Of a DNA stretch of 54,268 bases, positions 18,383-28,713 are shown piece by piece (position 1 is the stretch's first letter; every line of letters begins with the position of its first letter). Both the position numbers and the translations under genes were made by a program. The notes below the pieces were generated by a model. That model was given only the letters and a program-made list of their open reading frames with translations, made no database searches and was not told the DNA's origin. Location of the stretch: IMG/VR virus record IMGVR_UViG_3300009170_000002, positions 1 to 54,268 of that record; one strand, 5' to 3'. This DNA is from a virus. Taxonomy: Duplodnaviria; Caudoviricetes.

Positions 18383-20258
18383 AAATTCCTCCCACATTCC
18401 TATCTCTGGTTGATCCCCTTAGATTTTGGTCAACATTGAAAAGTACACTCAAATTATCCATTTCTCCAAAAAGGCCCGAAATATTTATATCAATTTTAGG
18501 TGACATAATTCTTTCTCCAGATGCCGTTAAGGTTGCGATTGCCACCAAAATGGCCGCCATATCAATCGAAATTTGTCCATCACTAATAAGTTGCGCAATT
18601 CCGTTTAGTAACGCTGATGATGACCTTTCTCTATTCCCTGTTGGGAAAACGTTTGCGGTTCCTCCAACTGAGATTATCCCATTGCGTTCCCTTTGTGATA
18701 TGGCAATCAAACTTCCCAATGAATTCAATTGAGAAATTCCATTCCGTGTAATTGCGCTGGATGCTTCCAGTGATCCGTTTGCGTTTAGATGAATAATATT
18801 ATATCTCGTTCTTGATGGAGTTGCAAGAACGGTTCCCGTACCATTCAACGTTGAAGCACTTTGAAAAACGGAAATAGGGATACCTAAAACTGATGCTATT
18901 CCTGATAAAGTTGAAGCGGCATATTGGAAACCGGTAACTTTACCTTCAGCCGTCAATAATGCTGTCCCCGTCAACACTGAGACAACAAGTCGAACTCTGT
19001 TTGGTGATCCAGTGAGCGTTCCTATTCCACTAAAAATCGCGGCTGTCGAACACGTCCTCGTACCACTTGATAAGAGCAACCCAACTCCTGATAAGGTTGA
19101 AATACCGTTCCGCTGAAGTATTCCCCGAGAAGTAACGCTTGAAATACTACTAAATGTCGTTGCCGCCACTCTAAACCGGTATCCTGTCCCTAATACCTGG
19201 GCTATTCCTGTTACTGACATTTGTGACGAACGTTGTCTTTGCCCAATTGATGAAAGTGTACCAACACTCAATAATGTAACAACACTTACACGTTCGCGAG
19301 CTGCTAATGATATTATTGTTGAAATACCGGTGGCCGTCATTGCTGCCGTTCTCGATCGCATTGGTGAGGAAACAATCAAACCGGATCCGCTTAACACTGA
19401 TTGTGTAACACGGTCACGTAATCCTACACCATTAAGTTGAGCTACTCCTGCCAGAACGGCTGCACCAAATTCATCAGCTGTAGGAGTTATAACCGTACCG
19501 GTGGCTGAAATTTGGATATTATCGAGATTTTTATCCAAATCTCCATCAATCAATACATCACCATTTATAGTCCCTGACACTCCGTCAAGAGTTTTACTCA
19601 GGTCACCGTCAACTAATACGGTCCCATTTATGGTTTTTAGTATTCCGTCAAGAGTTTTACTTAGGTCACCGTCAACTAATACGGTCCCATTTATAGTTTT
19701 TGTTACGTCGTCTAATGTCTTCGATAACGTTCCAATTACTATCTCATTTACTGTGATTGTGGGAGTGGAGGTATAAGCGTTGATTGCTGTTGAACTATCA
19801 TAAATTCTTAAAGCAATCGTATCGTTATAGGCCACTAAAGTCTTGTCAATTGTTAAGCACCATTCAATTTCGAAGAACTGTCCCGCTGCCCCAGTATTGG
19901 TTGCCCCCGTATTCGTCTCCAGCATCCCGTTGTTGTTGGTGACAAACGTTCCCGATCCGCCCGTCAATTGGCTGGTGGTGTCGTCCCCGTTCGTAAAGTT
20001 GTTTGATAACGATCCCTTGATCGGTGTCGCTGCCCCAATTGCCGTATACGTCCCGCTATTCAGACTGTATCTTAAATTCCACGTCTTTGCGGTCCATGCC
20101 CTTGAGTTCGTTTCGTCAATTAAGAACCGCACCCTGAAATTGGTGTCAACGTCAATAGTATCGTCGACACCCTGATTTTGTCGCCACGTTGCCGTCGTTT
20201 CACTTCCATTATCATTTCTTATACGGAATGCTACTTGGGTAAAAAGAGGGGCGGTCAT
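18375..20258 (-). CDS. Repeat-rich fibre-like virion protein, 627 aa
   Basis: About 21-aa S/T/G-rich repeats; near-exact 63-bp tandem duplication at about 19581-19700. Confidence 0.7.
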   Translation of the reverse strand: MTAPLFTQVAFRIRNDNGSETTATWRQNQGVDDTIDVDTNFRVRFLIDETNSRAWTAKTWNLRYSLNSGTYTAIGAATPIKGSLSNNFTNGDDTTSQLTGGSGTFVTNNNGMLETNTGATNTGAAGQFFEIEWCLTIDKTLVAYNDTIALRIYDSSTAINAYTSTPTITVNEIVIGTLSKTLDDVTKTINGTVLVDGDLSKTLDGILKTINGTVLVDGDLSKTLDGVSGTINGDVLIDGDLDKNLDNIQISATGTVITPTADEFGAAVLAGVAQLNGVGLRDRVTQSVLSGSGLIVSSPMRSRTAAMTATGISTIISLAARERVSVVTLLSVGTLSSIGQRQRSSQMSVTGIAQVLGTGYRFRVAATTFSSISSVTSRGILQRNGISTLSGVGLLLSSGTRTCSTAAIFSGIGTLTGSPNRVRLVVSVLTGTALLTAEGKVTGFQYAASTLSGIASVLGIPISVFQSASTLNGTGTVLATPSRTRYNIIHLNANGSLEASSAITRNGISQLNSLGSLIAISQRERNGIISVGGTANVFPTGNRERSSSALLNGIAQLISDGQISIDMAAILVAIATLTASGERIMSPKIDINISGLFGEMDNLSVLFNVDQNLRGSTRDRNVGGIYG

Positions 20259-20593
20259 AATTTTTCCTCACCTTGTGCCCAACCGGTTCGAATGGGAAAG
20301 TCTGGGTCAGTTTCGGCTTGATGGATTGCCTTATAATATTCCTCACGATCTATCAACCGGCCAATTAGTACTTTTTTCCACCCAGGCTGAACCAGATAAT
20401 CAACTAATCCCACAAAATCTACAGCATACCATCGTTCTCTTAAAACATAATAATCTCCATTTGTTACTAAACGTCTTCCATGATCTTTATCAATTTCAAT
20501 AATGCATAATACGCCCAATACCGGTGCCGTTTGAGGATCACCGGTATAGGGCTCTTGACCATCATAAAAAATCTTAAACTTATGCATTTCCAT
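20255..20593 (-). CDS. Hypothetical protein, 112 aa
   Basis: Overlapping in-operon ORF. Confidence 0.65.
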   Translation of the reverse strand: MEMHKFKIFYDGQEPYTGDPQTAPVLGVLCIIEIDKDHGRRLVTNGDYYVLRERWYAVDFVGLVDYLVQPGWKKVLIGRLIDREEYYKAIHQAETDPDFPIRTGWAQGEEKL

Positions 20594-20987
20594 CAGTCAA
20601 TGTAAAGGTCGTGACGGTTACGGTTTGGTTAGTGGTAATTGAGGTATTGTCCAATTCCATATCGCCACCGCCGCCCGTTCCGGAGACACTTCCCTGCAAA
20701 TGTTGTGTCGTTCCGTTACTTGCATAAATTCTGAAATGTCCCGCTGTCCCGGTCCCATCAGCGGTCGCATCCTGCCAAGTTCCCGCTAATGCTTTTGATC
20801 CGCTTGCAGCGTTCGCCATCCAATCACTTGGCAAGTTCATTGTTGCCAAAACAGACCCCGAGTCAGCGTCTGTAATGTTGGTTGGTGGATTTCCGGTTCT
20901 AATCTTCAAAACAGCAGACGTCCCAATAGCTGTCTCTATTGCATCGAGACGCGCATTTCTAACGGTTTCACTCATTTTGATTGCCAT
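20580..20987 (-). CDS. Virion structural protein (small beta-rich)
   Basis: RNARLDAI...LKIRTG.PP...GTAGHFRI...GGGDM.LDNTSI pattern common in phage virion genes. Confidence 0.75.
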   Translation of the reverse strand: MAIKMSETVRNARLDAIETAIGTSAVLKIRTGNPPTNITDADSGSVLATMNLPSDWMANAASGSKALAGTWQDATADGTGTAGHFRIYASNGTTQHLQGSVSGTGGGGDMELDNTSITTNQTVTVTTFTLTDGNA

Positions 20988-20998
20988 GGTTTTCTCCT

Positions 20999-21391
20999 TT
21001 AGGCAACGGAAATGTCAAGATCACCGGCTGGGAATTTGAACGTGTCACCTAACTCAATCAATTTTGACGTGGTCAGTTGACCATGAAAAAGAAGATTGCC
21101 AACCGTCAACGCATCAAAAATTGCTACATGCGAGATCGTTCCCCAGGTTCCACTTGCTTGAGGAAAAGCAATTTCGTTCGTGTTATAGGTTGCCCCGTTT
21201 GACGGGGCGTTCCACGCTGAGACCTGGACACGCTGATAATTGTTTCCAGAAACTTCACCTGCTCCACCAGCATCGGTAGGATCTTGTGTATAAAGTGCCA
21301 CATAAATCGAAGTACCCGGTGTGGTGTATGCCGTATTCCGAAGAATGTGGTTGATCAACTTGTCTTCCAAATAGTTAGAAAAAGCACTCAT
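20999..21391 (-). CDS. Virion structural protein (fibre-associated family)
   Basis: FSNYLE..L...YVALYT.DP.D...EVSG..Y.RV...FP.A...WGTI.H.AIFDA...GN.LF pattern. Confidence 0.8.
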   Translation of the reverse strand: MSAFSNYLEDKLINHILRNTAYTTPGTSIYVALYTQDPTDAGGAGEVSGNNYQRVQVSAWNAPSNGATYNTNEIAFPQASGTWGTISHVAIFDALTVGNLLFHGQLTTSKLIELGDTFKFPAGDLDISVA

Positions 21392-21435
21392 TTTACCTCC
21401 AAAAAATCTGATGATTGAATATACATCTTATAAGC

Positions 21436-21466
21436 AAAAGGTGCCCAGATCACCTCTGAGCACCTT
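21436..21466 (-). terminator. Rho-independent terminator after the capsid genes
   Basis: Minus strand aaggtgctcaga-ggtga-tctgggcacc-tttt. Confidence 0.7.
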
Positions 21467-21520
21467 CAGCCTATATAGAAATTGAGACGCTCACTCCTCA
21501 GAACTGAGGAAAAACCTCAA

Positions 21521-21958
21521 TTATGCGGTCCCTTCAGAAGGGTAGATGTGGCGTTCGCTGTCAGCCACCTGGGTAACCGGAGCCTTAATTGGCCCATAAA
21601 GGATCGCAACCACGGAACACGGAACCGGAGTGGTGATGTTGGGGACAGTCACAACAGCTCGAACGTATCGTTCGGCGGGATGGAAAATGTCCAGGACACC
21701 AATACCATCGGCACCAATGGTCGTATTGAAAGTCACGGCAGATCCAATCAGATCAGCAGCGGTACCCATTCCAACAACGGTATCTTGCTGTGCTTTCATG
21801 ATGTAGTCCGCGGCTTCCCCCTTCAGGGCGACTGCCACGAACAAGACTCCCTCATACCCAGCGGTATCGATGACGGCACCAGTCAGGGTCTCGTTATCGG
21901 CGGTCTTCAGACTCGAGATGGCCGGAACCATCTTTTCAAACAGGCTTGTTGATCTCAT
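21521..21958 (-). CDS. Probable capsid decoration/cement protein
   Basis: Directly after the major capsid gene; G.VIDTAGYEG...RYVRAVVT motif. Confidence 0.7.
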   Translation of the reverse strand: MRSTSLFEKMVPAISSLKTADNETLTGAVIDTAGYEGVLFVAVALKGEAADYIMKAQQDTVVGMGTAADLIGSAVTFNTTIGADGIGVLDIFHPAERYVRAVVTVPNITTPVPCSVVAILYGPIKAPVTQVADSERHIYPSEGTA

Positions 21959-21998
21959 AGTTTACCTCCAAGAGATTGAATTTCAGACTCAAACGACC

Positions 21999-23363
21999 TT
22001 AGGTCGATTTGACTTTCAAATTGCGGAAGGCATCCACGGCCACAACCATGCCGTCAGTTTCTTTCCGACCAATGAAGCCAACCTGATTGGTTGCCGCATA
22101 CAGTTCATCCAAACGTTGAACTTCGAAGTTCAATGCGTCTACGATCCAGTAGTACGCAAAATCGCCGATGGTCGCAACGAGAGCGTTGTTATCAAACGCG
22201 TCATTGGTCAAACCGGTGGGGTACTGATCTGAAACGTAATATGGCCAATCAAGGATTGTGCTTGGAGAACCCTGAGCCAAACCGGGCTGCCAAAGGTACT
22301 GACCAGTACCGGAACCTTCACGCAGAAGGCGGACTTTGCGGATGAAAGAGCGGTTGCACAGGATTACCGCACGTGAAGAGTATGCGGCGGGAAGTGCATA
22401 AGCCCAATTGATGATGTCATCCGAAGTCACGGTGTTCGCGGCCGCGGTAGTCATTGCGGTGATCGCGGCAGTCAAAAGACCAGTTGGCTTCTGAACGCCA
22501 TTCCCACTAATGAAACCAGCTTCCTCAGCGACATCGAACTTGCGGGACAGACGATCAAGGACCCACGACTCAACATTGGCCAGGGTTGCACCACGTAACA
22601 GAGTCCGGGAGATTTTGATCCGCTTGGCAAGAGCCTTGGGAGTCAGCATCCGTTCCCCAAAGGGTTCCACAGTGTCGTCAGATCCGGTACCAACCTCGCT
22701 CGTCCACACTGGGTCACTGAGTTCACTGTCCTCGGAAGGAGCGATCACTGATCCACCTGGGATTGGAGGAAGAACGTTGGAGATTTGGCGCATCGCAGAA
22801 ATTGACTTCTGCAGTTCGATCAAGGTGGACAATTGGGTGTCCGCAACCAAAAAGCCACCTGCAGCACCTGGCTGAGTCGCCAGATCTTTCAATTCAGGAG
22901 CGAATTTGGCAAACGCCTTGGGCAGATTTGCAATGGCGCGATCGAAGTCCTTACCGTATTTCCAATAAATGGACACGGCGACGGCATGCTTCACGGCGCG
23001 ATTGGGATCGTACTGACCGGCGCGGTTCAGATCGACAGGAGTCGGGGCAATCTTGCTGACATCGAGGCCAACGGCAGATGCGAGGCTCTTAACTTCAGCT
23101 GAAACTTCACCAGAAAACTTGGCTTCTGAATTGGTGGGAACGGACATTTCCTCACGAGGTGAAGAAAAGCTGTTTCCCATTTTCTCGATTCGTTCGGCCT
23201 GATTGGCCTGTTCCTTCAACGAATCGACCTGATCCAGCAGATCATTTACCTGCTTCAGATCCTCGGCCGGCATTTCGCTGGCGTTAGCGTAACGATTGCG
23301 GATGCCATCGGCCTGAGTAAAAAGAGTTTTTGCTTCGTCTAACAAAGCACGTGCGTTTTTCAT
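21999..23363 (-). CDS. Major capsid protein, HK97 fold with N-terminal delta domain
   Basis: Coiled-coil N-terminus, GGFLV, ISRTLL, FISGNG.QKPTGLL, YLWQPGL..G.P.TIL, GDFAYY, R.DG motifs. Confidence 0.95.
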   Translation of the reverse strand: MKNARALLDEAKTLFTQADGIRNRYANASEMPAEDLKQVNDLLDQVDSLKEQANQAERIEKMGNSFSSPREEMSVPTNSEAKFSGEVSAEVKSLASAVGLDVSKIAPTPVDLNRAGQYDPNRAVKHAVAVSIYWKYGKDFDRAIANLPKAFAKFAPELKDLATQPGAAGGFLVADTQLSTLIELQKSISAMRQISNVLPPIPGGSVIAPSEDSELSDPVWTSEVGTGSDDTVEPFGERMLTPKALAKRIKISRTLLRGATLANVESWVLDRLSRKFDVAEEAGFISGNGVQKPTGLLTAAITAMTTAAANTVTSDDIINWAYALPAAYSSRAVILCNRSFIRKVRLLREGSGTGQYLWQPGLAQGSPSTILDWPYYVSDQYPTGLTNDAFDNNALVATIGDFAYYWIVDALNFEVQRLDELYAATNQVGFIGRKETDGMVVAVDAFRNLKVKST

Positions 23364-23386
23364 GTGGTACCTCCAAAAAGTTAGAT

Positions 23387-24445
23387 TTATTGCGTTGCAA
23401 AATCGAGTGCGTTTTTCGCGGCTCGAAACCGAACCTCCAGGAGTGCCACGTGGTTGTCATCTACCGGCGTGACGGCTCCCTGCCTGGAATGAATTTCTTC
23501 AGTAAGTGCCTCGAGGGCATCAGCAAATGCTTTCAATTTCATTGGATCTGCAGAGACCAAAGCTTTTCCCTCTTTTACGCTCTTCAGAAGTTGCTCGATA
23601 ACGAGCAATCCATCCCAACTTGGTCCAATTTCCCAAGGGGCCTTTTCACCAAATTGATGAAAGTGACCTGCAAGGTGCTGTTCAACCAAGGGTAAATCGT
23701 CAACAGAAATTATATCATGAAACGCACCGGCGGCCAAGAGACTTGCTGCCTCTTTTACACCATCCAGCACGACATCACCATTGGGGTTGTGGTGCAAAAG
23801 CTGATACCCCAAAACCGATGAGGGGTCCATCTTCACATTCCGCCACGCAAACAGATCACGCATCTGCTGTGGACTTTGTATTTGGGAACGGACAGCTGCC
23901 TCATCCCACTTGGTATCGACCGATGCGGCATTCGCCTCATGATCATTGATTACCGGAAGAGTCATCCGCGATAGGAGTCCCTTAGCCAAAGACACCTGCG
24001 TCAATGGGTTCATGCCCAATGGGACTGGAGAAATTTCAAACAGTTTCACTTCACGAAGGTGACGGATACCCATCTCGTCATAATCGTGTTTGACGGTTCG
24101 GTAACCAAATGAACCTTCGGTCAGTGCTCCATCCTTCATCAACTCATACGCCTCACGACCCCAAAAGCTGCCAACGGTCAATGCCCCCTTGGCGTGAAGC
24201 CCAACCGAGTCCTCTTCCAAAACTTTTGGAGGGGGGCCAATCAGTTTCATCCAATCATGGGCATAAAACACCTTGACACGGTGGCCATTTTCTTTTAGCG
24301 TTTTGGCGAACATACCGGGTTCGGCAATGTCATTGCCATCGTCTACGTTACCGAAAACCGAGAAGTGACCATCGTACGATCCACCATCTCCAGCTTTGAA
24401 CTCGACGGCGGCTGCTTTGAATTCAATTTCGTTTTGATCACTCAT
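23387..24445 (-). CDS. HK97-type prohead protease with C-terminal extension (start refined to ATG 24445)
   Basis: FGNVD..ND...PGMF, H (YAHD), GSFGY, EVKLFEISPV..GMNP motifs. Confidence 0.9.
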   Translation of the reverse strand: MSDQNEIEFKAAAVEFKAGDGGSYDGHFSVFGNVDDGNDIAEPGMFAKTLKENGHRVKVFYAHDWMKLIGPPPKVLEEDSVGLHAKGALTVGSFWGREAYELMKDGALTEGSFGYRTVKHDYDEMGIRHLREVKLFEISPVPLGMNPLTQVSLAKGLLSRMTLPVINDHEANAASVDTKWDEAAVRSQIQSPQQMRDLFAWRNVKMDPSSVLGYQLLHHNPNGDVVLDGVKEAASLLAAGAFHDIISVDDLPLVEQHLAGHFHQFGEKAPWEIGPSWDGLLVIEQLLKSVKEGKALVSADPMKLKAFADALEALTEEIHSRQGAVTPVDDNHVALLEVRFRAAKNALDFATQ

Positions 24446-24860
24446 ATTTGTCCTCCATAAAATCTGCAATGTTGGCGTCTTCGAGCTTGAATAGGGGATC
24501 GCCGCCCTTCATCCTAATTTGAGAAGAAAGAACCTTTACACCCTCAATCAATTTGATGATAACACCACGCTGATCAAATAATTTTTTCTCAAGTGAATTG
24601 ATCTTAGTATCACGCTCAAGCGAAAGTGCCTTTTGACTTTCTAAAGCCAACCTTAGGCTTTCAATATCACATTTTAAGGCAGCATGTTGATCCTTGTAAA
24701 TGTTCAATATACTCACTGTTGCCTCAGTGATAACTTGAACGGCTTCCGATCCCTCTTTTTTTGTCTCAGATCGTAAACGTCTAATCGTTTCAAAAGAAAT
24801 AAAGATGCCAAAAATGATTGTTATGATGCTTAGGACATCATTGTAATTCGGTAAATTCAT
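24438..24860 (-). CDS. Membrane-anchored coiled-coil protein (start refined to ATG 24860)
   Basis: N-terminal TM helix followed by a coiled coil; RBS ggaggg. Confidence 0.7.
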   Translation of the reverse strand: MNLPNYNDVLSIITIIFGIFISFETIRRLRSETKKEGSEAVQVITEATVSILNIYKDQHAALKCDIESLRLALESQKALSLERDTKINSLEKKLFDQRGVIIKLIEGVKVLSSQIRMKGGDPLFKLEDANIADFMEDKYE

Positions 24861-25179
24861 TCTTTCCCTCCAAAAAACTACGAATTTTTCCTTCTTCCAT
24901 TCTCGCACTCTTCCGAAATTCGCTTCGTAAGAGGCTTGTCAATGCACAAGTTCCTTGATTGATCATCAGGAGGGCAAGAAGCGACTCCAAAATTACATGA
25001 TTGGGATGAATACTCGATGCTAAATAATACCTAACAATGAATATTACCAAAAATCCCAATGAAAGAAAGAAATTTACCAGGTGCAACCATTTTCGTTCTC
25101 CCCCAACAATGGCTACGTAAGCGATACTCGTGCATGCCAGATAAATTGATGATAGGATAACACTTAAGTAGGTTACCAT
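24838..25179 (-). CDS. Three-TM membrane protein
   Basis: Three hydrophobic segments; in operon. Confidence 0.65.
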   Translation of the reverse strand: MVTYLSVILSSIYLACTSIAYVAIVGGERKWLHLVNFFLSLGFLVIFIVRYYLASSIHPNHVILESLLALLMINQGTCALTSLLRSEFRKSARMEEGKIRSFLEGKNEFTELQ

Positions 25180-25180
25180 G

Positions 25181-27292
25181 TTATCTCCCCGGTTTGAAAT
25201 AAGGTGCGAATGTTCGCAAACAATTAGGGTGTTGAAGCGGATTTTGGACTCCGGCTGGACCTTCTGTCGGATGACTCCTCGAAGCCCATTCCATCGGGCG
25301 TATTTGACCCGCTATCCACCTACACGTTTCATGACTATCCAAAAGTCCATCATCCATGATGAAGAGTTCCTTCACTCCCCATGTTCCATACTGATCAATC
25401 GTCATCCCATTTTGGGTCTCTCCCAATTCCGTTCTCGCAATCGTCAATGACCGATTTTTGTACGTCTCAGAAACTACACTCGTAATGCCTGGTTGCCCCT
25501 CTATTCCATTCCTAAACTGAGCCACCGACCAACCGTTTTCATATCCATATTTGAGCACTTTACCCAAAGCTTCTCGTGTCGTCTCGGTGATCCCCTTCAC
25601 ACGCACTCCAGCCTTTGATAACTGTCTAACAACGGCGGGATTATTGATATCAAATGCGATATCAAAACCAATCGAGGCCGTCATCTTCGGCCAAGTCGCC
25701 TCCATGATTTGGAGGTAATATCTCTTGTAAATTTTTAGGAGGGCTGCCTCTTCTTCTGGTGTGATGAGGACTTCTGGTGAGGGGATTGCCTTTACTTCCA
25801 TCAACATTATATCACGTTTTTCAGCCGCCAGGACGTCGCTATCTTTGCCGGGATCGTAATACTTTACGAATCGTGACCAAACGAGATCACTCAAATCCTC
25901 AAAATAACCATCGAGATCCGAGGCGAATGGAGAGATGTAGCCACGACGAAGTGACACGAACGATCGAGCAATTCGTCGTGAATTGGCAATCGATTTGTCC
26001 TCATCTACTTTTGTCTCACCGTCATCCAAAGATTTGGCTGGTTCTGGTTCATCGAGAAGATTGACCTCTGTCATGTCCTGGTCAAAGTTTACAAAAGAGT
26101 CCGACATGCCCACTTTGTAAACCTCGTCATTAGCGCTCACGGGTAACTTCATCGCTCTTCGTGCATCAGCACGAGTAATGATACCGGCCTGCCACGCAAC
26201 GGTCACCCGCGTCCATATCGTTGTTTCATCTTTTTGAAGTGACCGAACGGTAGAAGTATTAAATACTATTTGAACGTCGGGATAATCGCGCTTGAAGAAA
26301 TGTTGGTACGTTCCCTGCCAAAGGATCCAAATTGGGATCAACGTATCCTCAGTCATCGCCTCTCTCGCCTCGGCATAATTTGCGTACGTTGATTGATCGA
26401 GGCCAACCGAGAGACCCGCGACGATGGCGGGTACCTTGAAACTTGCAGAGATACGAGACTCGGGTAACTTTCGAAGTGCGTCCCATGCCAAATCCTGCAT
26501 ATTCAAACCAAGAACGGTTGTGGTCATACCAGCTTCCAAAAACGCTGGTCCCCCACGACCTTCACCACCATATTTGTCTATCCACTGCCGACGCAATCGA
26601 GACGCCTTGGCCTCGTCGAAGTCTTCACCCGGTACCAGGTTCACCACAATACGTGGGATGGCGTCATTCTTGAGAAGACGGTACGCGTAATACGAAACTT
26701 CATTGTCTACGTCCGTGTCCCTGGCCGCTGCCTGTAGCGCACCATATCCACGCTCAGGTCGCTCAGGATCAGGTTCCCAAATTTGGTGGATGATGTCGGT
26801 TTTTTCAAGACGTTTCGTTTGTCCATCGACCTTGAGTTCGTAATGTGAAATGAACCCATTTGACGTGTCAGTTGATGCGACGGGTGTGAGGTACATATCA
26901 CTCAACGGCCACAAATCGAGAGGTTGGCCAAATTCGTTTCGTCGAACCCATGTATATGCATTCCCTGAAATGGCCGCGTAACTCATGAGCAACTTTTGGA
27001 AACGCGTTTGTGGAATGTCGGGATTTGGTGACGCGAAGAGGCGCGAAATGGGGTGATTGACAAGAATGTTGCCGTCCATATCCAAAACATGGAGAGGAGC
27101 CTCAATGAACCCACTCGTCAATGCCGAAAGACACGCGAAAACTGCCGAATTCGATTTGACGCCCTCTCTCACGAGAGTTGAAAATGAAACGTCCATAAAG
27201 AATGCGGATGCCCAAGGCGGCATGTAAGAAAGGTTTGCCGCTTTGTAAGCCCGTGATGCCATTGATAATTTGATCCTATCAAATATGTTCAA
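25181..27292 (-). CDS. HK97-family portal protein fused to a Mu gpF-like (MuF) domain, 703 aa
   Basis: Portal motifs (NSAVFAC, PNP, GNAY, L.PL, I...FKVP) in the first ~400 aa; C-terminal RSLTIARTE...C...HPNC.R MuF signature. Confidence 0.85.
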   Translation of the reverse strand: MNIFDRIKLSMASRAYKAANLSYMPPWASAFFMDVSFSTLVREGVKSNSAVFACLSALTSGFIEAPLHVLDMDGNILVNHPISRLFASPNPDIPQTRFQKLLMSYAAISGNAYTWVRRNEFGQPLDLWPLSDMYLTPVASTDTSNGFISHYELKVDGQTKRLEKTDIIHQIWEPDPERPERGYGALQAAARDTDVDNEVSYYAYRLLKNDAIPRIVVNLVPGEDFDEAKASRLRRQWIDKYGGEGRGGPAFLEAGMTTTVLGLNMQDLAWDALRKLPESRISASFKVPAIVAGLSVGLDQSTYANYAEAREAMTEDTLIPIWILWQGTYQHFFKRDYPDVQIVFNTSTVRSLQKDETTIWTRVTVAWQAGIITRADARRAMKLPVSANDEVYKVGMSDSFVNFDQDMTEVNLLDEPEPAKSLDDGETKVDEDKSIANSRRIARSFVSLRRGYISPFASDLDGYFEDLSDLVWSRFVKYYDPGKDSDVLAAEKRDIMLMEVKAIPSPEVLITPEEEAALLKIYKRYYLQIMEATWPKMTASIGFDIAFDINNPAVVRQLSKAGVRVKGITETTREALGKVLKYGYENGWSVAQFRNGIEGQPGITSVVSETYKNRSLTIARTELGETQNGMTIDQYGTWGVKELFIMDDGLLDSHETCRWIAGQIRPMEWASRSHPTEGPAGVQNPLQHPNCLRTFAPYFKPGR

Positions 27293-28713
27293 AATATTGT
27301 ACTCCTCTTTTGGTTTACCAATCGGTTGAAGGCTCCTGAAGAGGCATCAACCTGATCACGATACTTACCAACAGGAAAAGACTCAAGTTCATCGAGGTAT
27401 TCTTCGTTCCAAGGTCCCATAACTAACCGAACATTCCCGCCTTCTGCTTGGTCAGCAAGAGGTTCGGCCCTCGCTTCCTTGTTACCGTGTGGAAGGTCTC
27501 GTTGAACCCGAAAACCTGCCAAATTTTTGGTGGTATTCTCCATCGACTCCTTCCCACCACTACCACCCTCTTGCTCCACAATCGTAACGACCCTCGAACC
27601 GTATCTCTCTTTGTCCGCAATCGCAGTCAATTTGATACGGTTTTCTCGATCGTGTGTCGACCACTGCCCTCTAATCGAGTCGATGATGTAGTATATTTGG
27701 CTCCGCATTCCGATGAGGACACCTGCACTAAAAGTACCCCCACCATCCGTTCCACCCTTGTCCCAATAACGAACGAGAAATTCCATATTGAGAGGTTCAC
27801 TTGGGACTGGGATAAACCACTCACGTTTGAACGCTCCACCTTCACGTGGCACTGGGTTCTGCTGGTAAAGTGCCTCGAATGGACGAGGCGTAAGAACCTT
27901 CTTGATGCCTAACAAATCGGCCGTCGAATACCGTTCAGGCCAAAGTGCTTCATTCACCTTGCGACCGAGAATGTCATTGTCACTTTCAGCAATGGCGGGG
28001 AACCTGATCCGCTTCCAATCCTTATTGATCTCCTCGTCATCGAGGATCTGTCCAACGAGATCGAATTTGTGCCACCTTGTCATGATAACGATTGTGCTCG
28101 CATTTGGATGACGTCGTGTCCACAAATCCGATCTAAACCACTCCCATACTCGGGCTCGGTAGGTGGCGGAACGAGCCTCTTCTGAACTCTTCACGGGATC
28201 ATCGACGATAATAATCTCACCCCCATGTCCCGTTATTCCGCCACCAACACCAACCGAACGAAGTCCACCCCCTATCTCCGTTTCCCAGTCGACTGCACTT
28301 GCGCGCTCATTTGAGAGGGAAAACCTGTCGCGGGCAATTTTCCGACTCATCCTACTGAATTTGGTAGCGAGAGACGCCGAGTACGAACCTACAATTACCG
28401 AATGTTCGGGGTGCCTTTCAAGGTAATAAACCGGAAAGCGCACCGTCACCATTTCACTCTTCCCATGCCGCGGCGGAACCTCTAAAATTAAGTTGCGACA
28501 AACGCCATCGGCAATCCCTTGGAGTTCACGTTGGATAAATCGTTGAAATGGACGATCCCAAGTGAATGCAGGGGTGACCTCATCCAACCACTTGCTGAAC
28601 GGTAACTTAAGCGCCGATAGCGTCGGTATCGGGAGGCGGCGTCGTTTCGCTTCCTGTATCGCTAGGTACAGTCGCTCTAAGTTCTCTCTCGATGAGGGTT
28701 GCGAGTTCAGCAT
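27289..28713 (-). CDS. terL: Terminase large subunit
   Basis: PPRHGKS Walker A, IIVDDPVK Walker B, MTRWH..DLVG, LYQQNP, YWD, DQVDA nuclease motifs. Confidence 0.95.
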   Translation of the reverse strand: MLNSQPSSRENLERLYLAIQEAKRRRLPIPTLSALKLPFSKWLDEVTPAFTWDRPFQRFIQRELQGIADGVCRNLILEVPPRHGKSEMVTVRFPVYYLERHPEHSVIVGSYSASLATKFSRMSRKIARDRFSLSNERASAVDWETEIGGGLRSVGVGGGITGHGGEIIIVDDPVKSSEEARSATYRARVWEWFRSDLWTRRHPNASTIVIMTRWHKFDLVGQILDDEEINKDWKRIRFPAIAESDNDILGRKVNEALWPERYSTADLLGIKKVLTPRPFEALYQQNPVPREGGAFKREWFIPVPSEPLNMEFLVRYWDKGGTDGGGTFSAGVLIGMRSQIYYIIDSIRGQWSTHDRENRIKLTAIADKERYGSRVVTIVEQEGGSGGKESMENTTKNLAGFRVQRDLPHGNKEARAEPLADQAEGGNVRLVMGPWNEEYLDELESFPVGKYRDQVDASSGAFNRLVNQKRSTIF

